A stretch of DNA of 64,000 nt from Lytechinus pictus (Eukaryota): the NCBI RefSeq assembly GCF_037042905.1, contig NC_087251.1, positions 41,046,001 to 41,110,000 of the forward strand. Direction: 5' to 3'. The notes under the pieces are model-generated. The model made no database searches. It saw nothing but the letters and a program-made list of their open reading frames with translations, and was not told the DNA's origin. Position 1 is the first letter of the stretch. Every line of letters starts with the position of its first letter. A program made the position numbers and the translations under genes. Below are positions 23,602-36,802 of the stretch, one piece after another.

Positions 23602-24364
23602 GTAAGCTGTCATTCAGGAATTAATAGACGGTTTAATAACAAGAACGTGGAAGAAGCAAGCGAAGGAGGAGAGTTCATGTAGGAAGATTAAGTCTAGGAT
23701 ACACTGACTCATGTGAAGTGGATGGGGGGGGGGGGTAAGGGAGATTGCAGCAAGTGTGAGGTTAAACAGGGATTAAACCAGACAAGAAAAACATCCCCAA
23801 ACGTATGCCTGGATGATGATATTGTTAACAAAAATATTTATATTGCACACTGTTTGTTAATGGTGAGAGAAAGATAAATGCATTATTGCTTTTATTGCAA
23901 TGTGATGAAATTCAAAGAACAATGCTTCAGATAGAATTTCAATACATGGGTGGTAACCTAGGTGATATTATGAAAATGAAACCTGGATTTAACCCTAGTC
24001 GAAACTCGAATTTCAGACCACACCTGTAGAGAATGCCGGGTTTCATAATACTTCTTCTATATTCATGGCAAAAGTAATATACCAATTAATGGATTAAAAT
24101 TTATTACATTTTTGTATGTTCCTATTTTTCTCATTTCACAAGACAATTGATTCTTTGACAGCTTTGTGCTGCAGTAGTATAATAATTCTTACTTTGTGAA
24201 TGAGTTGACTATCAAAATACCTCCCATCATAAACAATCCTTAGTAAATAATTGATAGTTGACGAATCTTTATTTAATATGTAACTGGTCTTTAAATCTTG
24301 AATGAGTGCAAAATGTTCCAAATGTTATTAATTTTCTGTGATAAAAAAATATTTCAACTTTCAG

Positions 24365-24478
24365 ATGATCTCCTTGATGAAGACTATCCTCTTGATGATG
24401 ATGATTTAGCTTTCCAGGACAGCGATGATAGTGACCCTGTTGATGACCAAGAATTTGATGATGCTGATGATTTATTAC
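24365..24478 (+). CDS. SPTBN5: Beta-heavy spectrin-like, Asp-rich exon
   Basis: ag|AT GAT...TTA C|gtaag, 114 nt, phase 1-1. DDLLDEDYPLDDDDLAFQDSDDSDPVDDQEFDDADDLL. Confidence 0.78.
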
Positions 24479-25497
24479 GTAAGACAAATGTTATCTTATT
24501 CTTCCTTTGTTGTGAATCTTTTCATTAATGCCTTGTTCAGATAATGACAGGACAAAGCTTAGTAACCGTTTTATTTACAGTGTGGGACATGGTAAGCAAA
24601 ATAATCCTACATTTGCCTTCATAAGCTTTAAGTCTCAAATTTCTGTCGAAAGTTTTGGAGACAAACTCATGACATTTTGATCCAGAAGTCGTGTTTGTTG
24701 AATGATGTCATAGATTTTTCAAACATTAATTTTTGCTAATTGTTGAAAAAATGTAAGTTGACCACAGTACTTTTTCACATTGCAACAAAAGAAATGTTGC
24801 TGACTTTTTCGTTGTGACTTTCCTTAATGCGCATAACAATTTCTATTGTTATGCTCATTGACAAATTGACACCTTAGCGTCAATTTTGTGTTGAAATGTT
24901 GGAGTGGATAATTTATGTTGGTGGGAGAAAATTAAGCTCTTATATAAGGGATATTCGATCTTGACATCATGTTGCTTTCAATAAAATGAGAAAAATGATA
25001 GGTTTGATGGAAATCCCTCAATGAATAACAAAGTTATGACATTTAAAGTTGTGATTTTGTGACGTCACATGCAAGCAGCTGCTCGATATGCTATGTGTTA
25101 AATTCATTTTTTTTAAATTAATTTCAATGGTTCACGAAAACTTACTATATTTTTATCATAAAAGCAATTTTATGTTATTCTTAGTTGGATTTTCATCAAA
25201 CATTGTCATGAATTAATTTCTCACATTTTTTTTTTTTTGCTTTCATTGGCTTTGCTTTGTAGTGATGTGATAAATCATTGTCAGAACATGCGTCTGTCAT
25301 GCTTATATTTTCCTTAAAGAGAAATAACAAAAACTCTTTTAATGACACCTTTCACGTGTGCATTATGTTTAAACCAAGTGTGTATTATTCATACTCAGTA
25401 CATTCATTCATTCTTGCCTCATGATGCAGTAAATGTGAGCACATCATTTCATTTGCATTGTCAATTGCATTTCACAAAATTTCATTTCATACCATAG

Positions 25498-25541
25498 GTC
25501 ACCCTGACATATCACCATCTGTAGACTCATCTAGAAATCAA
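25498..25541 (+). CDS. SPTBN5: Beta-heavy spectrin-like, 44-nt micro-exon
   Basis: catag|GT CAC...CAA|gtaagt, phase 1-0. RHPDISPSVDSSRNQ. Required to join the phase-1 upstream exon to the phase-0 last coding exon. Confidence 0.7.
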
Positions 25542-26256
25542 GTAAGTTCAAACTCATAGATAGATCTTAACCTCACTTTCTTATTATTTGCTTTCTGTAA
25601 CTGACAGAGATGAAAATAAGTATTCACAGAATTTCTGTAATTACAAGCTTTTCTTTGGTTGAAAATGTGTACCGGTATATACCCCAGATGTAATATCACA
25701 AATTAAGTGAAGTCAAAATGCCCAAATACTTTTCAATTTTTCATTTTTTTTCATGGTTTAGCACTTGAAAACTCATTCATATAAGTTCAAAGATATTATT
25801 CCAATTAAATAAAAGTGACAGAGATAATTATACAAGTACAATTTGTAGCAGCCCTCCCAGTGATCCAGTTAGCGGCCAAGGAAGAGGAGAGCAAATTCAA
25901 TCATTGTAAAAAAGTATTATCTTTGGAGAACCAAATGTTATATTGCAGTTATAAAGAGAAGAATGCAGTTAGTATATATGTTTAAATTGTCATCCTATTA
26001 CTTCAGTTGGTGTGATATGGACATTTCAATGTCAGTTTCTCAACGTCAAGTATACAAGTAAAAAAAAATAATTGTTTTTTGTATTTTTAAAAATCTTCGT
26101 GCCGAAATTAATTAATTATAGTGGTTGTCTAATCATATACCTGAAGTAAACAAAGCCTGAGGATAAATGTGTGATATACCTGATTTACAAGAATGCCTTG
26201 ACCAGTAAATGCACAAGAACAGAATATTTGTACTTACTTATTGCTTTCCTCCCCAG

Positions 26257-26637
26257 CCTGAGACGGGGTCATCTGCTTCATCTAAAGAAACAATTAAGAC
26301 TTCCAGACATCCACTGGGACCAAGACCACAAACTCTGCCTCCCGCTCCCCCAAACTTCGATCCTCAAGGACAAAATTTGCCCCCTTCCAACAGAACGTCA
26401 CAGTCCTCTACAGGCATTCCCTCATCTACAAATGGAGCTTCAAGCCGTGCGAGTGGAGGTCAAAGGTCACCAAGGTCTTTCCAAGATATGACAACCCCGA
26501 AGCCAAGGGTTGGTAAAGTAACCGCTGAGCCCCCACCTCCAATACAGGTGGTTGATCTGAAAGGACGATCTCCTCCCTCCGGTGGAAGCAAAGAAAAAAC
26601 AATCTCTATCAGTAGCATCTTCAAAAAGAAAAAATAA
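26257..26637 (+). CDS. SPTBN5: Beta-heavy spectrin-like, last coding exon
   Basis: ccccag|CCT GAG...; Pro/Ser-rich; ends KEKTISISSIFKKKK-stop, similar in character to the basic FxKKK ends of beta-spectrins. Confidence 0.8.
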   Translation, partial: PETGSSASSKETIKTSRHPLGPRPQTLPPAPPNFDPQGQNLPPSNRTSQSSTGIPSSTNGASSRASGGQRSPRSFQDMTTPKPRVGKVTAEPPPPIQVVDLKGRSPPSGGSKEKTISISSIFKKKK

Positions 26638-26707
26638 ATCACTGTCACTTCTGGTAAGGTATGAAAATTATTAGTGACTTTCATCTTTCTTCATAGAGTA
26701 TCTCAAC

Positions 26708-27404
26708 CGATGGTTGACAAACAACAATACGGTGTCTTTAAAGGAGAGAAATGCAAACAAAAATATGTGAGTCGGAGAGTCTTCAATCATCGTTCTTCTC
26801 TCATGTACGATTAAGACGCATTTCAAGTGTTTTATGTAAATGAGATTGCAGAAAATAATTCTAGTTGAATTATCATTAAAAAAAAATATTCCTCTTTATG
26901 AAATGCTTCTTCCTGATTTTCATCAAGACTCCATGATATTTTGACTCATTCCATTGATGGTTGATAAACAACAATATGGTGTCTTTATAGAAGAGAAAAC
27001 CAAACGTTATTAATAGGCCTGTGTCATCACTTTTTGGTCCCCTAATTTCCTCGAAAGGTTGGGTCTAGTTTACCTGACCATTTGTATATTTGCCTTATAA
27101 TTTTCACAAAGCATTGGGTAAACTGGACCCGACTTTTCAGGAATTTATGGGACCTTTTTCTCGAATGGTCAGTTACGTGATTGGCTGACTGGACACGATA
27201 CTCCAAAGTGATTGCACAAGCCTATTGAAATGTGACTCAGAGTCTTCAATCATTAATAGGCTTCTGTTCAATATCATTAAAACTTATTTCAAATGTTTCA
27301 TGCTAATAGATTTGCAGGATAGAATGCCAAATAATATTTACATTCCATTTGAATTATAACAAAAAAGAATTCCAGATTCCTCCTTACAAAATATTTCTTC
27401 CTGA
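26708..27404 (+). repeat. Diverged ~250-bp tandem duplication; second copy interrupted by a MITE (~27013-27226)
   Basis: gatggttgacaaacaacaatacggtgtcttta (26709) vs gatggttgataaacaacaatatggtgtcttta (26956); homology resumes at agagtcttcaatcat after the MITE. Confidence 0.7.
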
Positions 27405-28600
27405 AATGTGCGTATGAATTTTCTTCATAACTCAAAACCAAGAGATACATTTACGGTTTGTGGCCTTGATATTTTGACACGTCTATTCCTTTTTTTTTTC
27501 TTATCAAGTTGTAAAGAATATGTACTTTCTTAAATATATCTGCCTTGCTACTAGCTCTTTCTGATTATATACTGAAATATATTCTACTACGATATTATGG
27601 TACTTATTGATTCTTGGTTGATGCTATTAATACTTGTATAATATATTGTTAGATATTGTAAGATTTGAATGAGATGATAAGTGCCATTGTATTAATGTCT
27701 TCGTTTGTAAATGTTGGTTTTCCTGAATCAATCAAACTATTTTTTTTTTAATTACACACTAAAAGCTGCACAGATTAAGCCCCTATATACCAAAGGTGAT
27801 TCTATCTACATGTAAGATTAGTTATTAACTCCAATATTTTCCAATTGAATGAATGTATAAATTTATTTTTGTTAATTTGATGTCATAATTTAATTTCGTA
27901 ACATTTGACATCATAATGGTATTCATTTCTAAAAAGAGAATATGGTTCATATGGCATGGGCTATAGACAAAATTCCTTTTTTCTTTCTTTTCAGTTTTAT
28001 TCCAGAGAATAAAAAAGGGACCTTTATTTCATACCAAATGATTTAAAGATCAGAACAAATCTTACTCTTCTACATACATATAGAATACATCTTCAAAACA
28101 TACATTTTTACATATTTTCTTTGTAATGTTGAGATATGCTGTTTAAAGATGACATTTTCACATAGTGAGTATTTGTACCTAAAATCTTTGCTTTTTGCAC
28201 TTGTCATCTTACTTCCTTTCATGTAATCCTAGACAATTAAAGTATAATAGTTGATTCAATTGGTTGATGCATTTTATTAATGAATTATGATAATCCCCAT
28301 TCCATATATTCCCCTGTACTTTTCCCATAATGTTTCCATTTCACTACTGATGTAAATATAATTCATTATGAGCGGTTTGCTTTTTTTTTTCTCAGGAAAT
28401 TGTAAATCAGAATTAATCAAATTAAATCATAGAACTGAAATAGTTAAATATTTGGTGCATATTTGATCATGTTAATATTTCAATCAATAATCTGTTTAGG
28501 CTTTTTGTCGTTTTTTTAATTGATAAGAAATTCAGTACTGTGTGTGATATTATTGTTTGACAATATTCTTCAGTGATTTATTATTTATAATGAAGGTACA

Positions 28601-28759
28601 CGCCCGAGTGGAGCCAGACAATAGCTCCCGACGCTATATAACCCGTGCGCAGCAGCGTCTTTGCTCATTGCCTGACGAAGTCTAGCAGCTTGCAGACGAA
28701 ACGTCGCTTTCACACTACGTTTGCTACATCGTGAGACAACTGGTTAATTTCTTCTACTC
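28601..28759 (+). mobile_element. Penelope-like element pseudo-LTR fragment (or retrozyme-like insertion)
   Basis: GC-richer 159-bp island flanked by direct repeat aaggtaca (28593-28600, 28760-28767); contains tatataa and a hammerhead core. Confidence 0.7.
28670..28707 (+). ncRNA. Minimal type-I hammerhead ribozyme motif
   Basis: CTGACGA (28672-28678), stem II gtct(a)gca-gct-tgcagac, GAAAC (28698-28702), GTC cleavage triplet ending 28705, palindromic ACGT in place of helix III. Helix I is only 2 bp. Confidence 0.7.
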
Positions 28760-31700
28760 AAGGTACATATACTAATGAAATCAGTTTGAGCTTTGATACA
28801 AATACTGCCATCCACTGACAAAAGGAAGTAAGTCCTTGGAATGAGTTTCTGAGTATATGACGAAAATGTGGGAATATAGAGAGTTACTTGCTTTTGAAAT
28901 GTCTATATTTCAGACATTGGAACTAAGTGACTCCAATTCCTTTAGCATCATGTTGAGCATACAGAAAATAATCTAACTTGTTAGTGGATGGCAGAATAGA
29001 AAAAAAAATGGCAGAAATAAAAAATATTCTTAATTGAGCCTAGAATCTGTGCTTCTAGATGAAACAGATTTGACAAGTACATGTATTTTGTCTTCAGGGT
29101 TTGTCATGTGATCAATAAAGGGAGACACAATCGAATGAAATTTTTATTGGTAATGTTAATGTAATAACTTTTCATATTCTAATACATGATATTGGAAACT
29201 TGTGTGACTTCTTGGGCTTGTTGAAGAAAGAGTTGCGATCAAACGCAACTCAAAAAATCTTGCGCAACTTGATTTTCAGCCAATAAAGCACTCGTATTCG
29301 GGAGTTGCGCTTGATATTTGATTTGCGTTTAAATTTTTTACCGCATTTCAAAGCCATGTTACATTGCTGAGGTAGTATACATAAATAGGCAAAAAAATTA
29401 AGATACCTTTTACATAAAAATTGATATAAATAAAGCTGATTAATACAAATTTGGTGTACTATGTAAATATCATCTTCTAGTTGCAATATATGTGTGTAGA
29501 TATCTGTAACTTACGACATATGTAGTATAAAGAGGTTTCATGTGCATCAACCATCTCTTTGTAATTGTGCAGTGAAAATAATTTGCCTGTGCTAGCTAAT
29601 ATATATGAATCATTTTTGTGTATCTGTATATATCGCAATCATCCGTAAAATTTGGTGTGTTTAATTTATGAAGGGAAAATCAAGGTAGCTCAAAGCATTT
29701 GTGTCACTGGAAAGTAATTCATTTACATATTAAAATCAAATTTCTTTTAACTCAGTTATGTATTCTAATTCAATCTCTGATGCACCGATGAGGTCAATGA
29801 AAACTTGTTTATTCTGATTTGTGTGCTTATAAGGCAGTTTGTTTGACATCACTTGATGCATGGTTTAATAGCAAGATAATGCATCATCTAGAAGTATTAA
29901 ACAGTACATAATATTGTTGGCATATTAAATAGATGCAATGTAGATTCTAGATAGTGTGCTAATTTAAAAAAAAAACTCTTCCTCATCTCATTTGTCGGTG
30001 ACAAAATTTGTTGTGAAATTCTATTTTGTATGTATGAGTACTTATCAATTGTTAAATTGCATATATAAATTAAATTTGTTAAACCAGTGGTCTTATATGT
30101 AATGTGTAAATTGATTCATCCTTTATCTACAGCATAAAAAATATATATATTAAAACATAGTTAGCCAGTGAAATCTTGTGTATTTGTGCAGAATCTAGAT
30201 TCGGCACAGAATAATAATCAAATTTCATGTTTGCTAGAAATTTGTCACGAAATAGATGATTTAGTATGACAATGTATATTGAATCATGTAGTGCTTTATT
30301 ATATTGTGGATGTGTAATTGTTACCAGTATTCCACTGGGCCTGGGCTATCTTACCTGGAATGTTTCTCTCCGATAAAATGTTTATATACCGGTATTAGCT
30401 GATTTTGGTATCAATTCATGAATTTAGCATAAATTTAATATTTAATATCATAATTTTATTTATAACATTTAATTCATAATTTTATCAAAAATTAAGATGC
30501 CTCTCGAGGAGTATTAAGCCAAATGAATTTAGAAATCTCGTTGGCTGGCAAATGTGCTTAATAGTCTGCTTGATGTATGTGCAAAATGATAAAATAGTGT
30601 CTTTGATGAGATGTATTAATTGTGCAGTATTTGGCGGCAACAATGTGATGTCACATTGGTTTATGGTAAGAATTCAGCTTAGATTTGGCATACTGAATAA
30701 ATAATGAATGCAATATAATTTAAGTAACATTTCTTAGCCTAGAGAATTAGTAAAAGTTTACTCAATCCTAGTATTGATGTGAATAGGGATAGTATACCTG
30801 TCTGCTATAGTGATATACCCAGTCAATCTATCATGTAGATTTTCCAATAGACTGATTATTTATCTTAAGTCAGCATATTTTATATTTACAAAGTTGCCGG
30901 TGCCAAGAGGAAACAAAATGGTCCAAATATGAAATCACCTTGAAAAGTTTGTCAAAGCTCTTCCGTCCAATAATTTATTGACATGAATTCAAGCTCTGTA
31001 AAGCCTTTGTTCTGTCTCTTTGATATATATCAAAGTAAGATTTGTTGCAAGAAAGTTGTGGGGTCACTAAGATTTTTTTCCCAACATTTTATGCCTAGAC
31101 ATGTAATAATTATATAAATGAAGCTTTATTGGTCTGGCAATTGCAGATATGTTGTTATTGCTCATATCCACCTTTATGAAATTAGTTTTTAAAAACGTTT
31201 TAAGGACAAACAGTCCTCAATTTCGCTGATGATTATCTACAATGCATACAATATTCCAATTATGCATACAAGGTATTACTACTAATAACAATTTTGAATA
31301 ATTCTAATTCTAACCAACAAATGTGCTGGTAAACACAGTGTAAACAAGCAGAAGTTTTGCTTGTCTACATTCTCTATTTTGTTAGAAAAAAAAAGGGAAA
31401 ATAAATGATCACTAAATATGGTACTTGATGATAAATTTAATGTATGATGCAATTTTGAATAAGTTTAGTAATGAACATGTCACTTTAAATGAGTACATAA
31501 AAAAACACTTCCAAGGTTAGAATAATACTGAGTAACTCAACTTCACAATCTACTTATATTATATAATCAAATTTAATACATTGCTATGGTATTCATGAAC
31601 AATATTCGTAAACGTGTGTGTTTTATTTATATAAATCATATGGCTTCAAACAAGTAAAACAATACTTACACTTGGTAATGTACATGTATATCGAGTCTGG

Positions 31701-34526
31701 CTGCATTTTCTTTTGCGTGTGTTTCTGTGGAATTTTGTGATTATTAGGTTTTTAAAGTGAAAGGTTCCTAAACATGTATTCCGGGAAGCGTTTCAGGAAA
31801 GGACTTGTCGGACAAAACATCCAACAAGTCCAGTTTTAACCAACAGTTACCATAGTAACGGTGGTTCATAACCAATCAGAATCAAGGAAAGTTGTCAGAT
31901 CTGACTTGTTGGACAAAAATGTTAATCAAATGCTCCACAAGGAAGCTCTTTTGAACCCTGCCAAACAAGGAATCAGTATGAGGTCGGGCGGTCGGTCCGT
32001 TGCAAATCTTGCGCTTCAAACTACTTCCTTTCTGTTTTTAATTAATTAACGTCATGTATACGTGTAATTGATTTTACAAAAAAAAAAAAAAAAAAAAAAA
32101 AATACAATAATTTCTTCTTGCCCACTACGTTTCTCTTTCTTTCTCCTTCTTTTTCTCCTCCCCCCCTTTTTTTTTTTTTTTTTGCCAGCCGATTGGGGGG
32201 GGGGGCACGTGCCCCCCCCCCCCGTAGTTACGCCACTGTCCTTCACGATTAAACAAGTGTGTTTAACATTAAGGCCTATGCAGTTTTCAGATCAACAAAA
32301 TTGACCTTGCGTTTCGCGCTGGAATTTATATGTTTAGGGATATAATATATTTAGGGATATAATATATTTATGGTGTTCATGAAATCAAACGATGCTGGTC
32401 AAAATATAGGCCTATTTATTCAATCAGCTAGTGCTTCCCGATCGCATTACTTTTCTAGTTAGCAGAAGTGTTTTTGTATTGGGGGGTAGGTTGAAACTGG
32501 ATAGTAAGCGCTTATAATTTTATGTTTTCAAAAAAGACTCAGTTAACAGAAAATTTTAAGCCTAAATGTTTTTCCTCTCTTCTTCTTTTATTCATTTTTC
32601 TTCAATTTATTAAGTTTCTTTTTTTTTTCTTACTCGGTCGTCTCCTTTCTTCACCTTCAACTTTCTCTTCTCCCCTTTTTGCCGCCATATGAGAGAGAGA
32701 GGGGGGGGGGGTTCACTTCTGGATTCTTCTGTAGAACAGTCAGGACATGAAATAAAACGGAATAAAATGGTGCGCTAGTTGCAGAGTTTCACTCCCACAA
32801 TAATTGCAACTCTGTTAAAGAATATTATTGGGTTTTTGTCTAGTTTTGGTAAATATAAAAATATTAATTTATCATATTTTTAACCCATAGTCATCAAAAC
32901 AGATAAGACAAAGTGTAATATCATGAACGCATTATGCATACGTGTGGAAGAATTTCAGGAGAAGGGAGTCGAGTGTGAAATAATGATATTCACTTGGTAT
33001 GGCTAATATGAAATTGAAAATAAACATTGGTTGAACTTAATTTGGTAGTCTTTGCATGGAATTTTATTGAAACGACATTGACATAGCCATTCACTATAAA
33101 ATCAGTTTAATAAAACGACGAGTGACTAACCCATAATAGGCCCATGGTAACGCACTGGGACGAAACTAGCGAACAATGGCGGGAAATTTGAATAGCTGAT
33201 GGGCTCGTGAGGGTGAATGTATTCCGCCGACAGGAATGCAAGTGGTACCGCCTTTGGTAACAACAATGGCGGTTTAAATGTCCGACCAAGGCGCCACACG
33301 ACAACATAATTTAAACTGTGGATATGTGTTCTCAAACTTGATACAAGACAGGTTTTCTTCTCCCGAAATTACTGCCGATGAGAGGAAAGACGGAATGTTC
33401 ACTTTGGTGAAAACCAGGTTAGTGAAATACGGTAATTTCCTGACAATTCTAACATTTTTTTCAGAACAAAAATCATTCAATTTCCTCACTTTAACCTACT
33501 AGTTGTTCGGCGACTCCACATTCCAACAAAGTTGGCGGAGAACAGCAAGTCTGCATACATGCTGACTCAACAACAGGCAAGAGTAAAAACTTTTGGAAGG
33601 TCTTGAAAATGGCTTTAAAAATGTGTTTGCAAATGGCCCTTTGCCAACACCAAAGTACCTTTATACCTTTATACCGCATCTACTGGAAAAATACAGTTGT
33701 ACCGATAAAATCGAAACATAAGGGCAGCCATAAGGGTATGAAATTTTGTGTTTGTCAAGATAAATGAAATGAGTGTGTCTTTACTATATGCAGTCTTTGG
33801 GAAAATCTTACAAGAATAACTTTTCACCAAAATATTTTGTTGCACATACAATCTCGTCAAAAGACAAAGGGAAATGACGGCCTCTGTCAGAAGATATTTC
33901 TCCTGATAGAAAGATGACAATAAAGTATACAGATGATAATTTTTCCAGTGAAAGTGTGTTTCTTATTATAAATGAAATCGTGCATTCATTATTAGAGGAA
34001 CATTGCTGATCAGGAGTCTGTAGTCCCAAGTTGTTTTACTGTAACTTTACCATTATTGTAACTATGGGAAACCGTGATTTTTATTGGTCCATTTACCACC
34101 ATGAAGAATTCACTGGCGTAAATCCCGGGGGGATATATCCCCCCACTTTTCGAGGAGGGGGGATGGCCTGTACAAACATCCCCCCCCCCCACTTTTTACG
34201 AAAGAAATGAAAAAAAAATCACAAGAGATAATTGTTTTATTGGTGAAAATTCTTCCTAAAATACCGCTTAACAAATGAAACAATATTATTGAATCATAAA
34301 ATGCAAATAAAGAACCAGTTCACCATTTCCAAACGAAATACGTATGTCCTTATTATAACATTAAAGAGAAACCCCCGTTTCTTCCAATTCATCAATGTTG
34401 GGGTCTTTGGGAAGGGAATAAGATGGAATGTTAAAAAAATTTGAATGTAATCTCTAATAAAACCATTAAACCATCGTGGGGTAAAAAAGATAATAATATT
34501 GGAGGGGTATTTGCCATATGGACATA

Positions 34527-35504
34527 CAGTGGCGTAATTACGGGGGCATGGGGGGCACATCCCCCCCCCCCCATCGGCTGACCAAAAAAAAAACGGGGAA
34601 AGGGGGTAAAGGAGAAAAGAGGGAGAAAGGAAGAGAAACGTAGTGGGAAAGAAGAAAATATTATTCATTACAATGTTATATTATAATTATGTTATGTTAC
34701 ATTACATAAGAAACATTTTTATCATAACTTTATGAAACATAATTTGCCCAGGGCCTACGTCTTCATTGTTCCTGGTGCTCGCATTGTCTGCTTAACGAGA
34801 TATATAATCATGTTGTACTAAAACATCCCGTTTTCAATTCAATATAAACCAAATATATTTCCTAGCACTTGAGTTATCATTGTTTTATGTAGTGACATAG
34901 GCCTATGCTTTTTTTTATCATGACTCAAAGAGTGATTGCCCCATGTTAAGGTCTTCGTATATATGAAAAATTTCCTGTCCGTGATTACGTTCGCATTAGT
35001 GGATTGGTAAGATATGTCTGCTCTTCATGAATTCCTAAAATCAGTCCTTAAAATGTCCCTTCTTCTGATCTGAATATCAAAAATTTTCAGCTCGCGCTTC
35101 GCGCTCGCATCATTTGGTTAATGAAATACGTATGGTGTTAGTTAATTCCTACCAAGAAACCTTAGAATGCTCCACTTCAGGTCTGAATTATCTACATTTT
35201 CAGCTCGCGCTTCGCGCTCGCATTGTTTAGCGAGACAGGTACCTATCATGATTACACAAATTTGATTATAATGTCCCTTTTTAGGTGTGAATATAAAAAA
35301 ATTCAGCTCGCGCTTCGCGCTCGCATTATTTGATCAGTGAGATACATATCCGTTTAATGACATTGTCCTTAAAATGTCTCTATTAGGTCAGTATAACTGG
35401 CATCTGAGCGCTCTTCGCGCACTCACTCAGTGATTCAAATATTTTGCTGGTGCCCCCCCCCCCCCCCAATGCCGTGACCCACGGTACGCCACTGTACGCC
35501 ACTG
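34527..35504. mobile_element. hAT-type MITE with internal ~105-113-bp repeats, nested in a related element (~34111-35617)
   Basis: TIR cagtggcgta / tacgccactg (doubled at right end); 8-bp TSD tggacata; motif ttcagctcgcgcttcgcgctcgcat repeated at ~35086, 35199 and 35302. A truncated relative ends at 32238. Confidence 0.85.
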
Positions 35505-36539
35505 TGGACATATCAATGACAATTCATTGCATATCTAAAAACGTGATTGCAAAAAAAAATGACAAAATATTTCAGTCATCCCCCCCCCCCACCCATCAAC
35601 ACGGATTTACGCCGATGAGATACATGTAGTTGCTCTCTTTAAAGTTATTAAAGGCTTGGTCGAGTAAGTTCACGTTGAGCTAATTGTGATTTAAATTATG
35701 AATGTAATAGTTATTTAGAGGCGTCGATCCTGATGGGGGAGGGATGGGGAGATTTTGAATTCTCCAATAATTTTGACAACTTAGAAATGGTTATTAAATG
35801 CAATGCAAATATACGTTTAAAAAGCATTGGAAAGCACTATACAAGCACTGTATATACCTGACATGAAAATACTCTCAAACATATAAACTGATCATTTGTG
35901 AAAATTCTGTTTTATCGCGCCTAAAATTGGGGACTTTTGGGGGCTTTTGCCCCTCCCAGTCCGAAAAATGGATCGACACCCCTAACCATATAATTGAGTC
36001 TATTTAACCTACAAAAGTAACATTTTCATGGTGCTATCGACTAGAAAGGATCATTTCATCCATTGTCGACGTAAGTATGGCATGAATAAATTATCATGAA
36101 ATATATAATCGACTACAAACGTAATGAAGTCAAAATTGTAAATGTGTTTTCATGTAGAAGATGAATTTGTGTGAAATTATTTTTTTGCTCCCAATATTAT
36201 ACCAATTAATCTCTGTGTACTTTAGTCAAACCTATACAAAAATATAGTAGCGGACGTAATGAGCCCCTAACCCCCACCCCAAAAAAATTGAGGGGGCCAT
36301 TTGGCAAAATTTCTGAAATGCGGCTAGTGAGCCAAAATTTCGAAATCTGATTTTATAGGTTTGGACATATTATTAAAAAAATAATATCATATTCCATCCT
36401 TTTTTTCATGTCCTCTTCTTTATTTTTTTCCCTTTTTTTTCTTTGTCATGATTTTTTTTTGGGGGGGTCTATAGCCCCTGTGACAAAACACGCTAGAAAC
36501 AAATATTATGTAGCTCAAAGTTCAATGCGATTTGTTCTC

Positions 36540-36802
36540 TACCTCTGCAATTTTAAACCCCCGCCATTTCCACCTTTAGTTGCCAATTTTACCCCGTCAT
36601 TAAAAAAAGAAACCTTTTTCATTTTTACCTCGATTGCCATTTTCACCCCTATATTTTAACCTCTGCCATTTTTCCTCTGCCCGTTTTACCCCTGCCACTA
36701 TATACCTCTGCCATTTTGCATCTGCTCTTTTTACGCCTGTCCTTTTCACCTCTGCCACTTTTACCTCTGTTATTTATAACCTCTGCCATTTTTACCTGGC
36801 AC
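36540..36802 (+). repeat. Degenerate ~15-bp minisatellite
   Basis: Repeated acctctgccattttt-like units. Confidence 0.7.

Noticed and set aside
33105..34110. Coding-looking segment with ISSDRGRHF (integrase-like) on the minus strand
   Set aside because: Stops in all frames and no other integrase motifs; possibly a decayed gene or element, but I cannot assign it without a search.
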